Shown here: piece after piece, positions 46,732 through 59,600 of the stretch
How positions within the stretch are numbered: the stretch's first letter is position 1
Layout: every line of letters starts with the position of its first letter
From: Lama guanicoe
Lineage: Eukaryota
DNA: 64,000 nt
NCBI GenBank assembly: GCA_013239625.1
Contig: MU053933.1
Location: forward strand, 1,614,001 to 1,678,000
Direction of reading: 5' to 3'
Translations under genes and position numbers: made by a program
The notes under the pieces: generated by a model
Told to the model about the DNA's origin: nothing
The model's input: only the letters and a program-made list of their open reading frames with translations
Databases searched by the model: none

Positions 46732-47436
46732 TGTTACCGAACTCAGGTTTGGCCACTAGTCACTCAAGAATCCAACACTGAGAGACAGGTGCTGGATAAA
46801 AGGAAAGACAGCTTTTTGAGGAAGCCAGCAATCCTGGGAGAAGATGGACCCATGTCCCAAAGAACCAGGTGCCCCTTGCTGAACGGGGGCAGGAGCTTTT
46901 AAAGGGGAGTTTCCAGGGTCACAGGCGGTGCAGGCGGAGCTACGTGCAGAACAGCACATTCAGCTCTCACAGTCATCCTGAACCCTTGCAGGATTGGTTG
47001 CAGTCTGTTCAGCAACATCTTGATTGTTTTAAGTACAGTTAATCTTCAGCTCCAGGGTTGGTTTGTTCCCGTTTCCTTGAGGCCAGTTCTCCGAACTGTG
47101 TAAGAAGGAGCAGCTTATGTCACAGTTACAGTCTGATCATTGTGTAGGTAAGTTCATCCACCGGGTGGGGGTTTCAGACTCTGTAAGGCAGCTCACAGGA
47201 CACAGCCGAGGGTATTGTCTGTAGCCCTTGAGGAGGCGCTAAAGGTCACTGACTTTGTTTAATGGCTAAACTATTATTTTGTCTTGTTTGCATTCCTTTG
47301 CTTCTTCATTTTCTCTCTTTTGTGGTTACATTTATTCTTTGGCTGAAGGTTTTCTACAGACGAGAGGCAGGCGGAGGACAAGGCTGGGGGTGGGGTCTGT
47401 TCCTGGGAAGGCCCCACGGGGTCCTGCTCAGTTACA
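46732..47436 (-). mobile_element. ERV1-like solo LTR
   Basis: TG...CA termini, near-TSD cttg/ctta, terminal sequence shared with 38-507. Confidence 0.75.
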
Positions 47437-48342
47437 CTTACACATTTGTGTAAATCAAAAATAAAACTTCACAATGAACGCGGTCGATGCCAGGAATTTA
47501 TATTAAGGAAAATTCATGGGTGGATAGAAGATTTTGCTATAAAAGTGTCCATCTCAGAATTGAGAAGCCCCCTCAATGCCCAGCCTCTGCCCATAGTGAG
47601 GAGCCCTGTGTGGTTGGGAAGAGGTGCTTATAGACCCCCAGGACCCTGATGTTTGCTGCACTGGCTGCTGGCTGAAACGCCAAGTTCCCAGCCCTTTCCC
47701 CTGCAGATTCCAAGTCGCTGGGGCTCAGTGGGAGCAGGCACCTGTGGGGCTGATGAATGCTCACTGATGCGAACAGCAGCCATCCCTGGGGTGGGGCCTT
47801 GTGTTTCACAGCTTTCTGTGATTTTCTGTGTTCTTCCAAAGTTTTATTTAAAGGACTTTTTGTTTTTAGAACACACAGCTTTTTTATTTCAGAATACTGC
47901 ATATTCTTGAGAAGTGAATGATATTGTGGGAAAATGTTAGGTATGTTACTGAAAAGCAGTTTCAAAACTGTCAATCAAGTGTGACTCATATAATTTATAC
48001 ACGATATTCAATTAGCATGTAATTCATAGAAACCCTACGCACAGAAAATAAAGAACAGATACAGCAGAAATTTTTCCTTCAGGTCATAAGACTGATTCAG
48101 TCCCTCCCTTAACTTTTCTTATTTCCTTAATTTTCTTTGATTTTCAGTAGTAAAAATTGAGGGAGAAAACACAATCTGGAAGTGAATGTGTTGGTGCTTG
48201 GAGCTGATCTGAGCAGCAGGGGGCATGGGGGACGGGGTGGGGTTTGGGGAGAGGGAGGGCCTGGGTCAGGATGGACAGGCTGTCTCGTGTATGTTGAAGA
48301 TGACTCTTCAGGCCCTTGTTCAAAATGGATTAAGAATTTCAA

Positions 48343-48531
48343 AGATAAACAAGATTATACTGTACAGCACAGGGAAATATATGCAAGATCTTATGGTAGC
48401 TCACAGAGAGAAAAATGTGACAAGGAATATATACATGTTCATGTTTAAATGGAAAATTGTGCTCTACACTGGAATTTGACACAACATTGTAAAATGATTA
48501 TAAATCAATAAAACGTGTTAGGAAAAAAAAA
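48343..48531 (+). mobile_element. 5'-truncated LINE-1 3' end with an 11-bp TSD
   Basis: TSD aagaatttcaa at 48332-48342 and 48532-48542; AATAAA plus poly(A); TT/AAGA endonuclease site. Confidence 0.88.
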
Positions 48532-48872
48532 AAGAATTTCAAGAAGGCGGCCCCAGGGCTACACCAGGCGCAAACTTCCGCTCGGGGCTGGGCTGCGAGC
48601 TGCCCGGACGGACTACCTGCCACCTGGGACGCGGTCCTGGCCCCCAGCTGCGCCAGGCCCACGGGCTGGGCTGGGTGTCTCTGCCACCTCGTCTCTTACA
48701 GACTCCGGGCAAGAGCGTAACCCGGAAGCCTATGTGCTCACGGAGAGAAGGGCAGAAAGCACCCCTCCCTTGCAGGATTCTTTTAAGATTCATGAAGGCA
48801 TCTGAAAAGCCGCGGCACGTACTGGGCACTCGTTAGATGGCAGTGACTGGTACCTATCTCCCTTACACCTTC

Positions 48873-49317
48873 TGTAGCGGGTTCAGTGGTGTCCCCCCAA
48901 AGTCACATCCACCCAGAACCTCAGAATGTGACCTTAGCTTGGAAATGAGGTCTTTGCAGGTGTAATTAGTTAGGGTGAGGTTAACAGTGGTTCAGGGTGG
49001 GCCCTAACTCCAGTGACTGGTGTTCTTACAAGAAAACAAGAACACACAGAGGACAGACAGGAAGAGCTCGTGAAGACAGAGCTGCAGGGCAGGACACCAC
49101 ATGCCGGTGCGCTGTGCCCAAAAGCCAAGGAATGCAGGAGCCCCAGAAGCCAGAGAGGCAGGAAGGAGCCCCCCTGGAGCCTTCAGAGGAAGCAGGGCCC
49201 GGCAGACACACTAATTTCTGACTTCTGGCCTCTAGAACTGGGAGACAATACACTTCCATTGTTCTCAGCCGCCCAGTTTTTGGCACTTTGTTAGAGCAGC
49301 TCCAGGAAACAAGTACA
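48873..49317 (+). mobile_element. Full-length MLT1 solo LTR
   Basis: TG...CA termini; near-perfect 5-bp TSD ccttc/cctcc; MLT1 motifs cagaacctcagaatgtgacctt and gacttctggcctctagaactg. Confidence 0.85.
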
Positions 49318-50482
49318 CCTCCCTTGCTCATCATACATGCTTCCCAGCACGGATGCAAAATTATGCCTCGAAGATGTCAGTCACACCCTTGGGTCTACTT
49401 GTCTCCAAGCTGAACCTCGAGTTGAGAGACCAGAACCTAGGAAAACCCACAGGATCCACGAACAGGGGTTTTCTACAGCCCAGGAAACAAACTCAGGCAG
49501 GACAGCCTCAGGAGGAAAAGCGGACCCCCACAACACCAGAGGAAATGAGAGACGTTAGTCTTCATTATCTGTGGAGTACATGCTCACACTTCCATTGCTA
49601 ACCCGTGCCTAGTGAGGTAGCCACAGCTGTCCCCGCACCCTGCCACCTCCGGGGGCAGGTGAGTAGGACCGAGAAAAACCCTGCCCTCGGGCTGAGGGGC
49701 TGGGAGGGGGGATGTGTATAGAAGTGGGAAACTACACCCTCTCCCCGAGTCCTGTCAGACTTCCTGTTTTTGCCTTTCTAATTTTAAAAACTTTTTACAT
49801 GGAAATAATTTTAGGTTACAAAAATACTGTAAAGTTTTTGAAAACTCTTCACCCAGTTTCCATAAATGTTGACATCTTACACGAGCCTAAGCGTGGAGAG
49901 GTCATCAAAAGCGGGCAATGAATGCCGAGACGCCCTGCGAAGGGCTCACATCCAGAGTCCACGCACATCTCACTGCCATCCCACCGATGTCCCCGTTCTG
50001 GCCCCGGGCTCCTCCCGGTCAAGGCTTCTGAGCCGGCTTCAACCTGAGACAGGTTCCCGGTCTTTCCCATTCATGACCTTGACACTTTAAAGAGCAAGGA
50101 CTGCTTACTTTGAGGAATGACCCACAGACTGGGCTTGTCTGTTGCTCCTGCTGACCAGGCGGAGGCTGTGCGGTTTGGGCAGGACCACCGCCAAAGTGAC
50201 GCTGTGCCCTTTCAGAGTGTTGTATCGCAGGCACTTGACGCCCAGACGTCTCGCGCTGGCCACGTTGATCTGTATCTTGAGTGGGGGAGTGTCAGCCAGG
50301 TTTCTCCACCATAAAGTTACTATTTCCCCATCGTAACCAATAAGCAGTTTTGAGGCTACACAAATAATCATATTTCTCACCACCTTTTGCCACTCATTTT
50401 AGTGTCCACTGACGGCTCTTGGCTGTGATGCGAAGCGGACTTTGAAAAGTCTCCTGAAGAGGGATAATTTTGCACCTAGAAC

Positions 50483-51003
50483 TGTCGATGAAAATTCTTC
50501 TGACAATCAAGTTAAGAGGGAAAAAGAGTTTTATTTTGAGCCAAGCCAAATTTAGGACTGTAACCCGAGAGACGGTCTTTCGGAAAACTCTGGACTGTCC
50601 TGCCTGTTAGAAGTTGAAGGCACACTCAGGTACATTTTTGAGATGAAGGGTTGTACATCAAGATGACATAGTGACATTTTACATAAAGTTCACCAAGGAT
50701 GCACGGTCCAGGTGAGCAGGCACAAAGCGAGCAGCAGGCCACCATGCCCCCCTGCAGAGCTGGGAAAGAGCGCTGTTCTGAGAAGTTCCACTGCCAGTGT
50801 CAGACGAAGGTAAAAAAATTGGTCTTCATGGTCGAGCAGGCATGCTCACCTTGGAGGAGGTTTGGTCAGTGTGTGATGGGGATGAGCCCCACACGTTAGG
50901 GAGGGAAGCAGGAGGCCCAAATGGACAGAGAGAATTTTTTTTTTGACAGAATTTTGTGCCTAAATTTTCTCTCCTGCCTTAAAATATAAATTTTATTTCA
51001 TCA
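50483..51003 (-). mobile_element. ERV solo LTR (521 bp)
   Basis: TG...CA termini, near-TSD gaac/gaat, AATAAA on the minus strand, related to 508-872. Confidence 0.75.
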
Positions 51004-51719
51004 GAATGAAGTACATTTATTTCTTAGTTACACTGATTATACTATAACTCTCATTAGCTGTCAGCATCTAATTGCTGTATATACTGTAAAGTACATTTTA
51101 AAAGTATATGTTGGTGCATTTCATCGTGTGATTTTGGTGAAATTTCGTCAGAAATTCACTGGGCAGCTACTTACCTGAGTCTGCCCTGCCCTCTCTCCCC
51201 TTGAGAGCAGCCTATTGCTTAGTAAATCCTTTTCTCACTTCCTTAAATTAAAAAAAAAAAGAAATCCAGCGAACGTCTACCAAAATCACTGTCTTCTCTA
51301 GGCTGTCATGTTCCTGCGTTAGGCTTTCCCACAGCAGGTAGGACCATCCTCTCGAGTGCGTGGGCTTGTTATCTTACAGCCCAGCACCACAACTGACATG
51401 GCCCGGAAGGCAGGGATTTTGTCCTGTTCATCAGCGCCACTGCTGCCTAGGGTGGAGCCCGGCATTCACATGGTGCTTAAATAGCTGGTGAAAGAACTGA
51501 AATAACTTTTTCAAACATAGAAAAAGTTGGAAGTGTAGGGCAGTGAACACCTGTATTCCTGCCACTGGAGTCAACCATTGTCAACATTTTGCCCAATTTG
51601 CTCGTGTGTCATTACTTCTCTGTTGACACCATGACACGTCACCCCCCACCGAACACTTGGCAGTTATTTCCTAAAAGCAGAAATATTCTTCCACACCAGG
51701 TGTTGGTGAACCATAATCA

Positions 51720-52345
51720 TTGTGCCTAATCTGGTCCATCATCCATTTTTTAAAATAACGTTTCACTGGAGCACAGCCACGCGCATGCATGTACAGATTG
51801 CCTACAGCTGCTTTTGCATTAGAGCAGCAGTTGTTTTGATCCACAAAGCTGAAAATATTTACTACCTCACCTGTGCAGAAAAGTTACCATCAGGCCTCAA
51901 TGGTCTCCTGAGAAAGTCCTGCTTACAAGTTTGGCCCTTAGCAGGCACCTGGGAATGTGGGTTTGGGGAGAGTTCCCATTACTTTAATTATGGTAAGAGC
52001 GCCTCACGGGGCCTAAACTGTTCGTACAAACAATACAGCACGTGTTGAGCATCTGCCCTCCCTCTGGGAGTCTGGAGCTGTGGTGTGTGCCAGGCAGAGG
52101 GTGCTGTGACCAGCTCATGATAAAAACCCTGGGCTCCGATCTCTAACGAGCTCCTTCTGACATCTCACAAGTGTCTTCACAGCTCTTCGCTGGGGAGTTA
52201 AGCAAGTCTTCGATCCCTGTGCTCTGCATCCTCTTGTCGTAGTAAATCATAGCCATAAGTCCTCCTAGCAAACCAGTGAACCTGGGGGTTTGGGTTCCCC
52301 TGACACCTGGCCCTTTACAGAAAAGTCTGCTGAGGCCCACTCTAT
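51720..52345. mobile_element. MER58A-like MITE split by a MER21-like LTR (about 51872-52305)
   Basis: MER58A-like aaaatatttactacct breaks off and resumes as ctggccctttacagaaaag after a TG...CA-bounded insert. Confidence 0.55.
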
Positions 52346-52579
52346 AGAAACACCACTGCAACACCTAAGAAAACAATTATTCTGCAATACGACCTAGTCT
52401 ATATGAAAGCTTTCCCAACTGTCCCCAAGATGAGTTTTTTAAAGCTTATCTTTTAAACCAGGATCCACTCATGATTTGTATTATTGCATCCCGTCCTTTC
52501 TACCTTCTTCACCCATACCTTTGTTCATGACGTTAGCTGTGAAGCGATGCGGACTGTCCCAGACCTGGGCTGGTGACTG

Positions 52580-53660
52580 CTTCCTCGTGCCCCGTGTGTG
52601 GCCTCCTCTCGCGTCCTGACGGCCGGGATGCAGAGTGCCCCACGGGTGACGCCGCTGCACGGGTGGGGATGCCCGGCGGCGGCGGCAGGCCACTGGGGGC
52701 GGGGATGCTTGAGGAAAACCCCAGCCCCCACCACCTTCCTCAGGCAGCTGCGGCATTTTCTGATGACCTTCGCCTGAACCAACGATTCACTGGGGTCTTT
52801 CTCCTCAGGACCATTCCTCTGTGCTCGCTGGCATTCTTGGCTAGAGAAGAGCCTTCCCTCAGCAGCGCCCTCCACCCCCGAAAGACGGGCAAACACTTAA
52901 TAGCCTCCCTTTAGTGGCCAGTGTCCACAATGAATGTCCACCAACATGGAGCCAGGCGGACTTGCCGTTCTCGGGCCGGGCCACTACGAGGCGGAGGCGG
53001 GAGCCCGGCGCGGGCGTGTGACGTCACCGCGAGTCCCAGAGGGGCAGGCGCGGGCGGGTGACGTCATGCTGCGCCTGGGAGAGGCCGGCGCGGTTGTGTG
53101 ACGTCACGCCGCGCGCCGGGGCCTAGCGGCGCGGTAGCTGGCACCCCGGCTCGCCGGGCCGTCGGCATGGGTCCGCGCGTGCAGCTCCCGCCCGAGATCC
53201 AGCTGGCGCAGCGCCTGGCGGGGAACGAGCAGGTGACCCGGGACCGGGCGGTGAGGAAGCTCCGGAAATACATCGTCGCCAGGACTCAGCGAGCCGAAGG
53301 TTGGCGCAGGGTTGGCGGGACGTGGGAGGGGGCGCCTCCCGGGCCCGGGGAAGTGGGGCAGGGGGCGGCGGCGGGCCGGGTTAGGGGACCTCCCAACGGT
53401 GGAGCTTCCACGTGCTCGGACCCGGCGGCGGGGCCTGCGGCGGTGCTGCCACTCGCCCACCGCTCGCGCCCCCGCCCCAGCCGGAGCGCTTGGCCCTGCT
53501 CCCCTTCCCCACCCTGGCCGCACCCAAGCTGCGCGGCGCTCACCTACTGGTGCGGTGGCCACGTGTCCCTCTGCGCGGACTCCCCTCTCTCCCCGCCCCT
53601 TATCTCCTCTTCCCCGCTCAGACCTGCCGTCCTCTGGGAACCGGACCCCCCGTTAGTCCA
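52580..53660. promoter_or_regulatory. RRP1 CpG-island promoter with three full CRE sites (TGACGTCA at 53019, 53059, 53099)
   Basis: Dense CpG; three perfect CRE palindromes upstream of the ATG. Confidence 0.9.
53167..53299 (+). CDS. RRP1: RRP1 coding exon 1
   Basis: ggc[48 protein letters not shown] |gttggc. Confidence 0.95.
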
Positions 53661-56600
53661 TACATCCTGCTATCCTTGCTGCCCGCTGTTTGGGCGTCCT
53701 CTATTTTCCCTCAGGGCGGCATTTATCACTGTTGGTAGTTTTCTCCTGTATGGTGCTTGGGATGCCTGAGTTTCACTGTAGTGTGTGCTCCTCAGAGAAC
53801 ATGCTTTTTAACTAGTCTCTGTAACCATGGTTCTCAAGATGTGGCCAGGTCAGCAGCTTCAGCATCACCTGGGTATCTGCTAGAGAGGCAGATTCTTGGG
53901 TTGCATCCTAGCCCTGCTTAATCAAAACTCTGGCAGTTGGGCCAGCAGTCTGTTTTAAGAAGCCCTCCAGTTGATGCAGTCCTGGTGCTAAAGTCTGGGA
54001 ACCACTGCTCCAGAACAGGGTGCCAGACACAGTTAGGACCTCAGGACACACTTGTGGAATGCTCTATATATCTACCTTCATAACTAGCCCAAATGAGGTA
54101 ACTTGTAATTTTAAAGTTTGAGAAGAGCACAAACCCCAGGTGTAACATTGTGTGAATTATTACCAACAAATTTCACCTGTGTAGCTACTATCCAGCCCAG
54201 GAAATGGTGACTCCCTAAATTTTGAATCTCCAGAAATGGAGTACGGGGCCTGATGCTTGTAGATTCTCGGTCAGCATTTACTGAATGAGTGAAATGGCGG
54301 TTACCTGACCAGGGTTGGGGGCAGGTAGAGGTCCCTGCAGCCACAGGCTCAGCAGGTTCAGAGTTGGGAGGATGGCTTGAGAGGGGGTTCAGGCACCTTT
54401 GCAGTACGAGGACTTTGGTCTAATTCAGGTGGTCACATTTCTCAGGCTTTGTTGGGGCACTGAAAGCTTGGGTTCCTTTAGTCTGAGTGTTGCTGTTTTC
54501 GACGCAGGTGGTTTCACACATGACGAGCTACTGAAGGTGTGGAAAGGATTGTTCTATTGTATGTGGATGCAGGACAAGCCGCTCCTCCAGGTGAGTGCAC
54601 AGGAGGGAGCAGGAGGGGCTGGGGCAGCATCACTGGGGGGACAGATGTCCACCCTCATTTTATACAGCAAACATGCTGGGGGGCATTCGAGAGCCCCAAT
54701 ACTTTTTTTTCAATAGCCAGAGGGGCCAGGACCTCTGGTCAGCGTGGTCCTCCCCTGGCTGAGCTGCCCCCGGCAGCAGCGCTGGTGACTGCAGTGCAGG
54801 CAGCGGGTGAGAGCCAGGCTTCCTTGTCGTGTGCTTGTCAGAGACGGTAAGCTGGGTGCAGAAACGGTGGAAGCCAAGGGACTTGGCTTCTCCTGAGACA
54901 AGTGTCTCTTCTGCTAGCCTTTTTAAAAAACTGTCTTTTTAAAAAACAGGTTTTATTTTTTAGGGCTGTTTTAAGTTCACAGCAAAATGAGAGGAGAAGG
55001 TACTGCTATTTCTCATACACTTCCTCCCCCAAGTTGTGCACGGTCTCCTGGGTTATCAACAGCCCCACCAGAGTGGGTCACTGGTCACAGTCCATGAACC
55101 CACATGTCATGTCGGCGTCACCCAGAGTCCATGGCTTACCTGAAGGCTCCCTCCTGTGTTATACAGTCTGTGGGTTTGGGTAAACGCATAATGGCATGCG
55201 TCCCTCATTGTATTTTACGCTGGAGCTTCACTGCCCTAAACTGCTCGCCTTTCTAGAGTATTTCTCAGTGGGAATTGTTTACTCTTCAAAAGCACCTGGG
55301 CGGTGAGGGTACTTATTTAAAATGCAGATTCCTGGGCTGTATTCCATGCCTACTAAACTAGGACTTCTCAAGAGAAGGCTCTGGAATCACCTGTTTAGCC
55401 TGAGCACTGGGCGATGCTTGGTGCAGTGACACAGACAGGCAGCAGGTGGTCACCCCCTCCCTGCTGGTTCCGAGGCTCCTGCTGTCTCCTGTCCCCTCCT
55501 TTCCCCCCAGTGGAGGTACTGGGGATTGAACCCAGGACCTTGTGCACGCTAAGCACACACTCTACCACTGAGCTATATGCCCCCCCCCCCGCCCCAGAGG
55601 AGAGAGGGCTCATACTCGGGGCTCAGCCTCGGTCAGGAGAGTAGTTACTGCCCTTGAGTGTTGTGAGGTTCTGTCGGCCCAGCCTTCTGGGGGGCCTTTC
55701 ACAGCCTGTGTGAGACCTGCAGACCCCGAGTGCACTGGGCTGAGAGGCCCTGCGGAGCTGGTGCCCGCGATGACTGAGAACAGTTGAGTGACTGTCTTCC
55801 TGCTCTTGCTCGTGGCTGTCAGACCTCGTTTCTTTGGGGACTGAGGGCGTTTGTGCTGTTTCTGCGCAGGAGGAGCTCGGCAGGACCATTTCGCAGCTTG
55901 TCCACGCTTTCCAGACCACAGAGGCCCGTGAGTATCCTTGCCGAGGTCAGGCCAGAGCCGCAGAGGGTCGGCTCCGGGACACAGGAGGCTGGTGTTCCGG
56001 GGGTGAGAGCGAGATGCCCACTCCGGCCGGCTTCTGTTGGCGCTGGTGTGTGAGACGCTGTTCTCTGTCTCCCACGTGCATTAACTCAGCATAGACTCGG
56101 TCAGGGGTCTGGAGGGCTGATACCGCACATTTTAAAGTTAAAATGGTAAGCTGGTGTGGTGTTAGCAGGCTGGTGACTGATGCTCACCTGCTGGTTGTAA
56201 GTCCCTGCAGGGCATCCCCACCTCTCCTGTTCCCGTTCTCACTGAGGTCGGTAGTTCTCAGCGCTCCCGCAGGCCCGTTGGACTCCGCTGAATCTTTAAA
56301 AAGCCTGATGTCTAGACCCTGGTCCCGTTAATTCAAGCTCTGCAGGTGGGGCCTGGGCACCAGCATCCTCCACCTCCCTCCACTGCTCCGAAGGTAGCCA
56401 GGGCTGGGCGTTGGCCGCGGGACCGTTGCCGGGCAGGCCCTGACAGTGTGGCTTACACTGAGCAGACAAAGTCGTGAGCAGTAGGGAGTGTGCAGTAATG
56501 GTGACTACTGTCTTCACTTGGGAGAGTCTCTTTAACTGCACTTGAGTCATTATCCACGAGATCTGTTCTCCACCATGTTTACCTTCCAAGAGCCTGCAGA

Positions 56601-59600
56601 AGAGTTTCTGTGCTCAGCAAGCCAGGCACAGAGCGTTCAGTTGGTGCCACTTGAATGAGGTTGTGAACGCAACCGTGACTGAACCACCTTCCAGGCCTTC
56701 CTGTTGGAGAAGCTCTGTGGCAGGAAGTGGTGCCTCTTTCTGCCCGAGCTCAGGGTGTCAGTAGGCAGGGTTCTCCTGAGGCCCCTCTCCTGGGCCTGCA
56801 GATGCTGCCTCTCCCTGTGTCCCCACCTGGTTGTCCCTCTGTATATGTCTGTGTCCTCGGCTCCTCTTAAGGACACCAGTCAGATTGGATATGGGCCCAC
56901 CCCAGTGACCTTTTATCCTAATCACCTCTCTGAAGGCCCTCGGCCCAGATTGAGTCCTGTTCCAAGGTCCTGGAGGCAACAGCTTCAGTGTTGGGTGGGG
57001 GCCCGGATGAGCCCGCGGAACTCTGGTCCCGACACACCCATTCTTGGAGGGCTTCGTGCATGACCAGCAGTGGATCCTGGGGGCAAGCTGTGCGGTCGGG
57101 CAGGTGTCGGGCGGGGTCCTCCCCGAGCCGAGGGGTGGGGGGGAGCGGTGGGGGGGAGCAGGGGTGAGGGCTGCCCTCGTGCTCTCCGGGCCTGTTCTGC
57201 AGACAGTGAGGCTGCAGTCTGGGGTTGGAGCTGGGCTTTGCTTTTCTGTCGCAGGCTGCTAACTGCCCCGTTTCACAGGCACACAGACTCGGGGGCTGAG
57301 CGCCCCGCCGCCGGGACTCGGGATGCCCTCGCCTGCCCCCTTCCCTCCCCAGGTGGCTTCTGCTTTTCTTCGTGACCCTCCCCCCTTCTCTCCTCCAGAG
57401 CACCTGTTCGTTCGGACCTTCTGGCAGACCATGAACCGTGAGTGGACGGGCATTGACAGACTGCGCCTGGACAAGTTCTACATGGTGAGGAGGGCCCGCG
57501 GGGCCAGGGTGGGGACGGCCGGGCACGGCGGGAGCATCCTGGCTTCTGGGCAGCAGGCGACCCTGAGAACTACGTTGGGCGGTGACGGGAGCTCCAGCTT
57601 CTCTTGGGGTGCGTGTGCCTGGGGTTCTGCAGTGTTTCCCGTCTCTGAGGTTGGAGAGTGGGCATAGAATTCAGCTCTTAAAACAGTTTCAGTTCAGAGG
57701 AAGAGGCTTACGTTGCCCTCCTGGGCAGAATCGGTGGTGCAGCCGTCGCATCCTTGCTGCAGACGTGCCTGTGCAGCCAGCAAAGCCGGTGGGGCCCCGG
57801 GGCCGCCTGCGGGCGCCAGCTTCTGGAGGCGCTTCCCGCCGGGCAAGGACAGCTTGTCCAGCAGAGCAGACCCCTTTTCTTTCTCCCTTCCCGCACCACA
57901 TTCCTGTGACTGGGCTGTTGACTGCACTCAGAAATGCAGGAAAAACAAAAACGGGTCAGACTGTCTTACTGCTGCCCCCACTGACCTGCAGCCTTGTCAC
58001 TGTGATGGGACAGTCCCCAGATGAAGGGCCAGTGCTGCTACCTGAGAGCAGGTGACCCCATGGGGGACATTCAGCAGGGCAGTGGCCCAGCCTCACTGAG
58101 GACAGGTCCCCATAATCTGCCCCTGAGATCTGCCACTAGCTCAGTCTTGGGCCAGGGCTGTGCGGACGCCGTATGATGTCAGATATACTAAAGTGAAGGC
58201 CAGCCGGTGGGCAGGGCATGGAGCTCAGGAGGGAAGGGAGATGGGCCATGATGCATGTGGGCAGACTGGAGGCCAGGCTCTGCACTGTTACAGATCCAGG
58301 CTTTTAAGACAAAGTTCCCTGAGATGCAGGACTGGGCTTAAATAGGGTGGGTTCCGCAGCTCACTGAGGCCTGTTTCCCATGACCGGCCCCCCCACCATG
58401 TGGCCACGTCCACCAGCACAGCCCTGCTGTGAAGGCTGACCCTCCTGGCAGCCCGCAGGTAGCGGGTAGCATGAGATGGGAGTGAGTGCCCCCAGGGACG
58501 GGCGTCCTGGCTATTGGCCGTGCTCTGCTCTGCTCGTCTCCTCTGTTACCTGTCACCACGACCGATCCCTCTGCAGGCGTGTAGGGTTCATCCTCGCAGG
58601 TGGGAGGATGCTGTTGGCCACCGTGACAGGGAAGTGAGGGTGGTGGGCAGAGAAGGTAAACAGTTTCTCTGTCGGGGAGAAGATCCAGGGGGAGCTCAGA
58701 GGAGACAGTTTCGGGTTCAGACCTGGTTTTTTGGAGGCTCTGCTGCTGCAGGGGAGCCACACTTCATCCTGCTGCTCTCAGAGAGCTGGGCGTTCCAGCC
58801 CAGCTGCAGTGGCGCCTTCTCCAGGCCCAGGCCTCCCCCGGGGGGGTGTCCTGTCCACTGGCGGCTCTTGAGGGCCTATGGGGCACGCTGGGGCCCCCAG
58901 GTGACCGAGGGGCAGGGGGGATGTCGGGAGGTCTGGGACGTGCCCACTGACGGGGTCTCCTGTGCCACAGCTCATGCGGATGGTCCTGCACGAGTCCTGG
59001 ATGGCCCTGAAGACGCAGGGCTGGGAAGAGAGGTCAGTGCCCCAGTGCGTGCTCCGCGGCGGCCCGTGCTGCTCACGGCGAGTCTGTGTTCCCATGTTTC
59101 TCTTTCACTCACTCGTCAGCTTTGCACTGAAGGGGGTCTTGGTGCTTAGAACAGAGGCATTTTAAAGTCACAGCTGGTGCACACGTTGGTGGAAGTGTCT
59201 GTGGGCGCCTCGGCGGGGTCCTTGCTGTGGCTCGCCCATTTCGGAACTTAGGATCATGTTACCCAGTAGGTGGCTAGTGCCTGAAACGGGGTTGTGTTAA
59301 AGGGACGGTTGTATTTCTGTGAACTTTTTGGGGTTGTTGTTATGGCAGTAGCTCCATCCTTGTTGTCTCTGGCAACTACCCCCACCTGCTGCCCTGGGGT
59401 GACCAGCTCTGCCTGCCTTTCTGCCTGCTCTCATTCGTGCAGTGGGACCAGTTTGTGGGTTTGGTGACCGTAAGCACTGTCCCCAGCCTGAGGGAGGGGT
59501 CTCCTGGCCTGGCCTGGCCCCGTCCTCCTGGGCTGTGGAGCATCGTCCAGGGAGCCTTTTGCCGGATGCGCAGTCACCGTTCAGGTGCAGGTACCTGTAT

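Noticed and set aside
52758..52780. TGATGA...CTGA resembling snoRNA C/D boxes
   Set aside because: The boxes are far too close together, there is no terminal stem, and the site is not intronic.
55510..55580. tRNA-like sequences with A and B boxes
   Set aside because: SINE heads: no intact acceptor stem, dispersed diverged copies, and tails or TSDs in the related copies.
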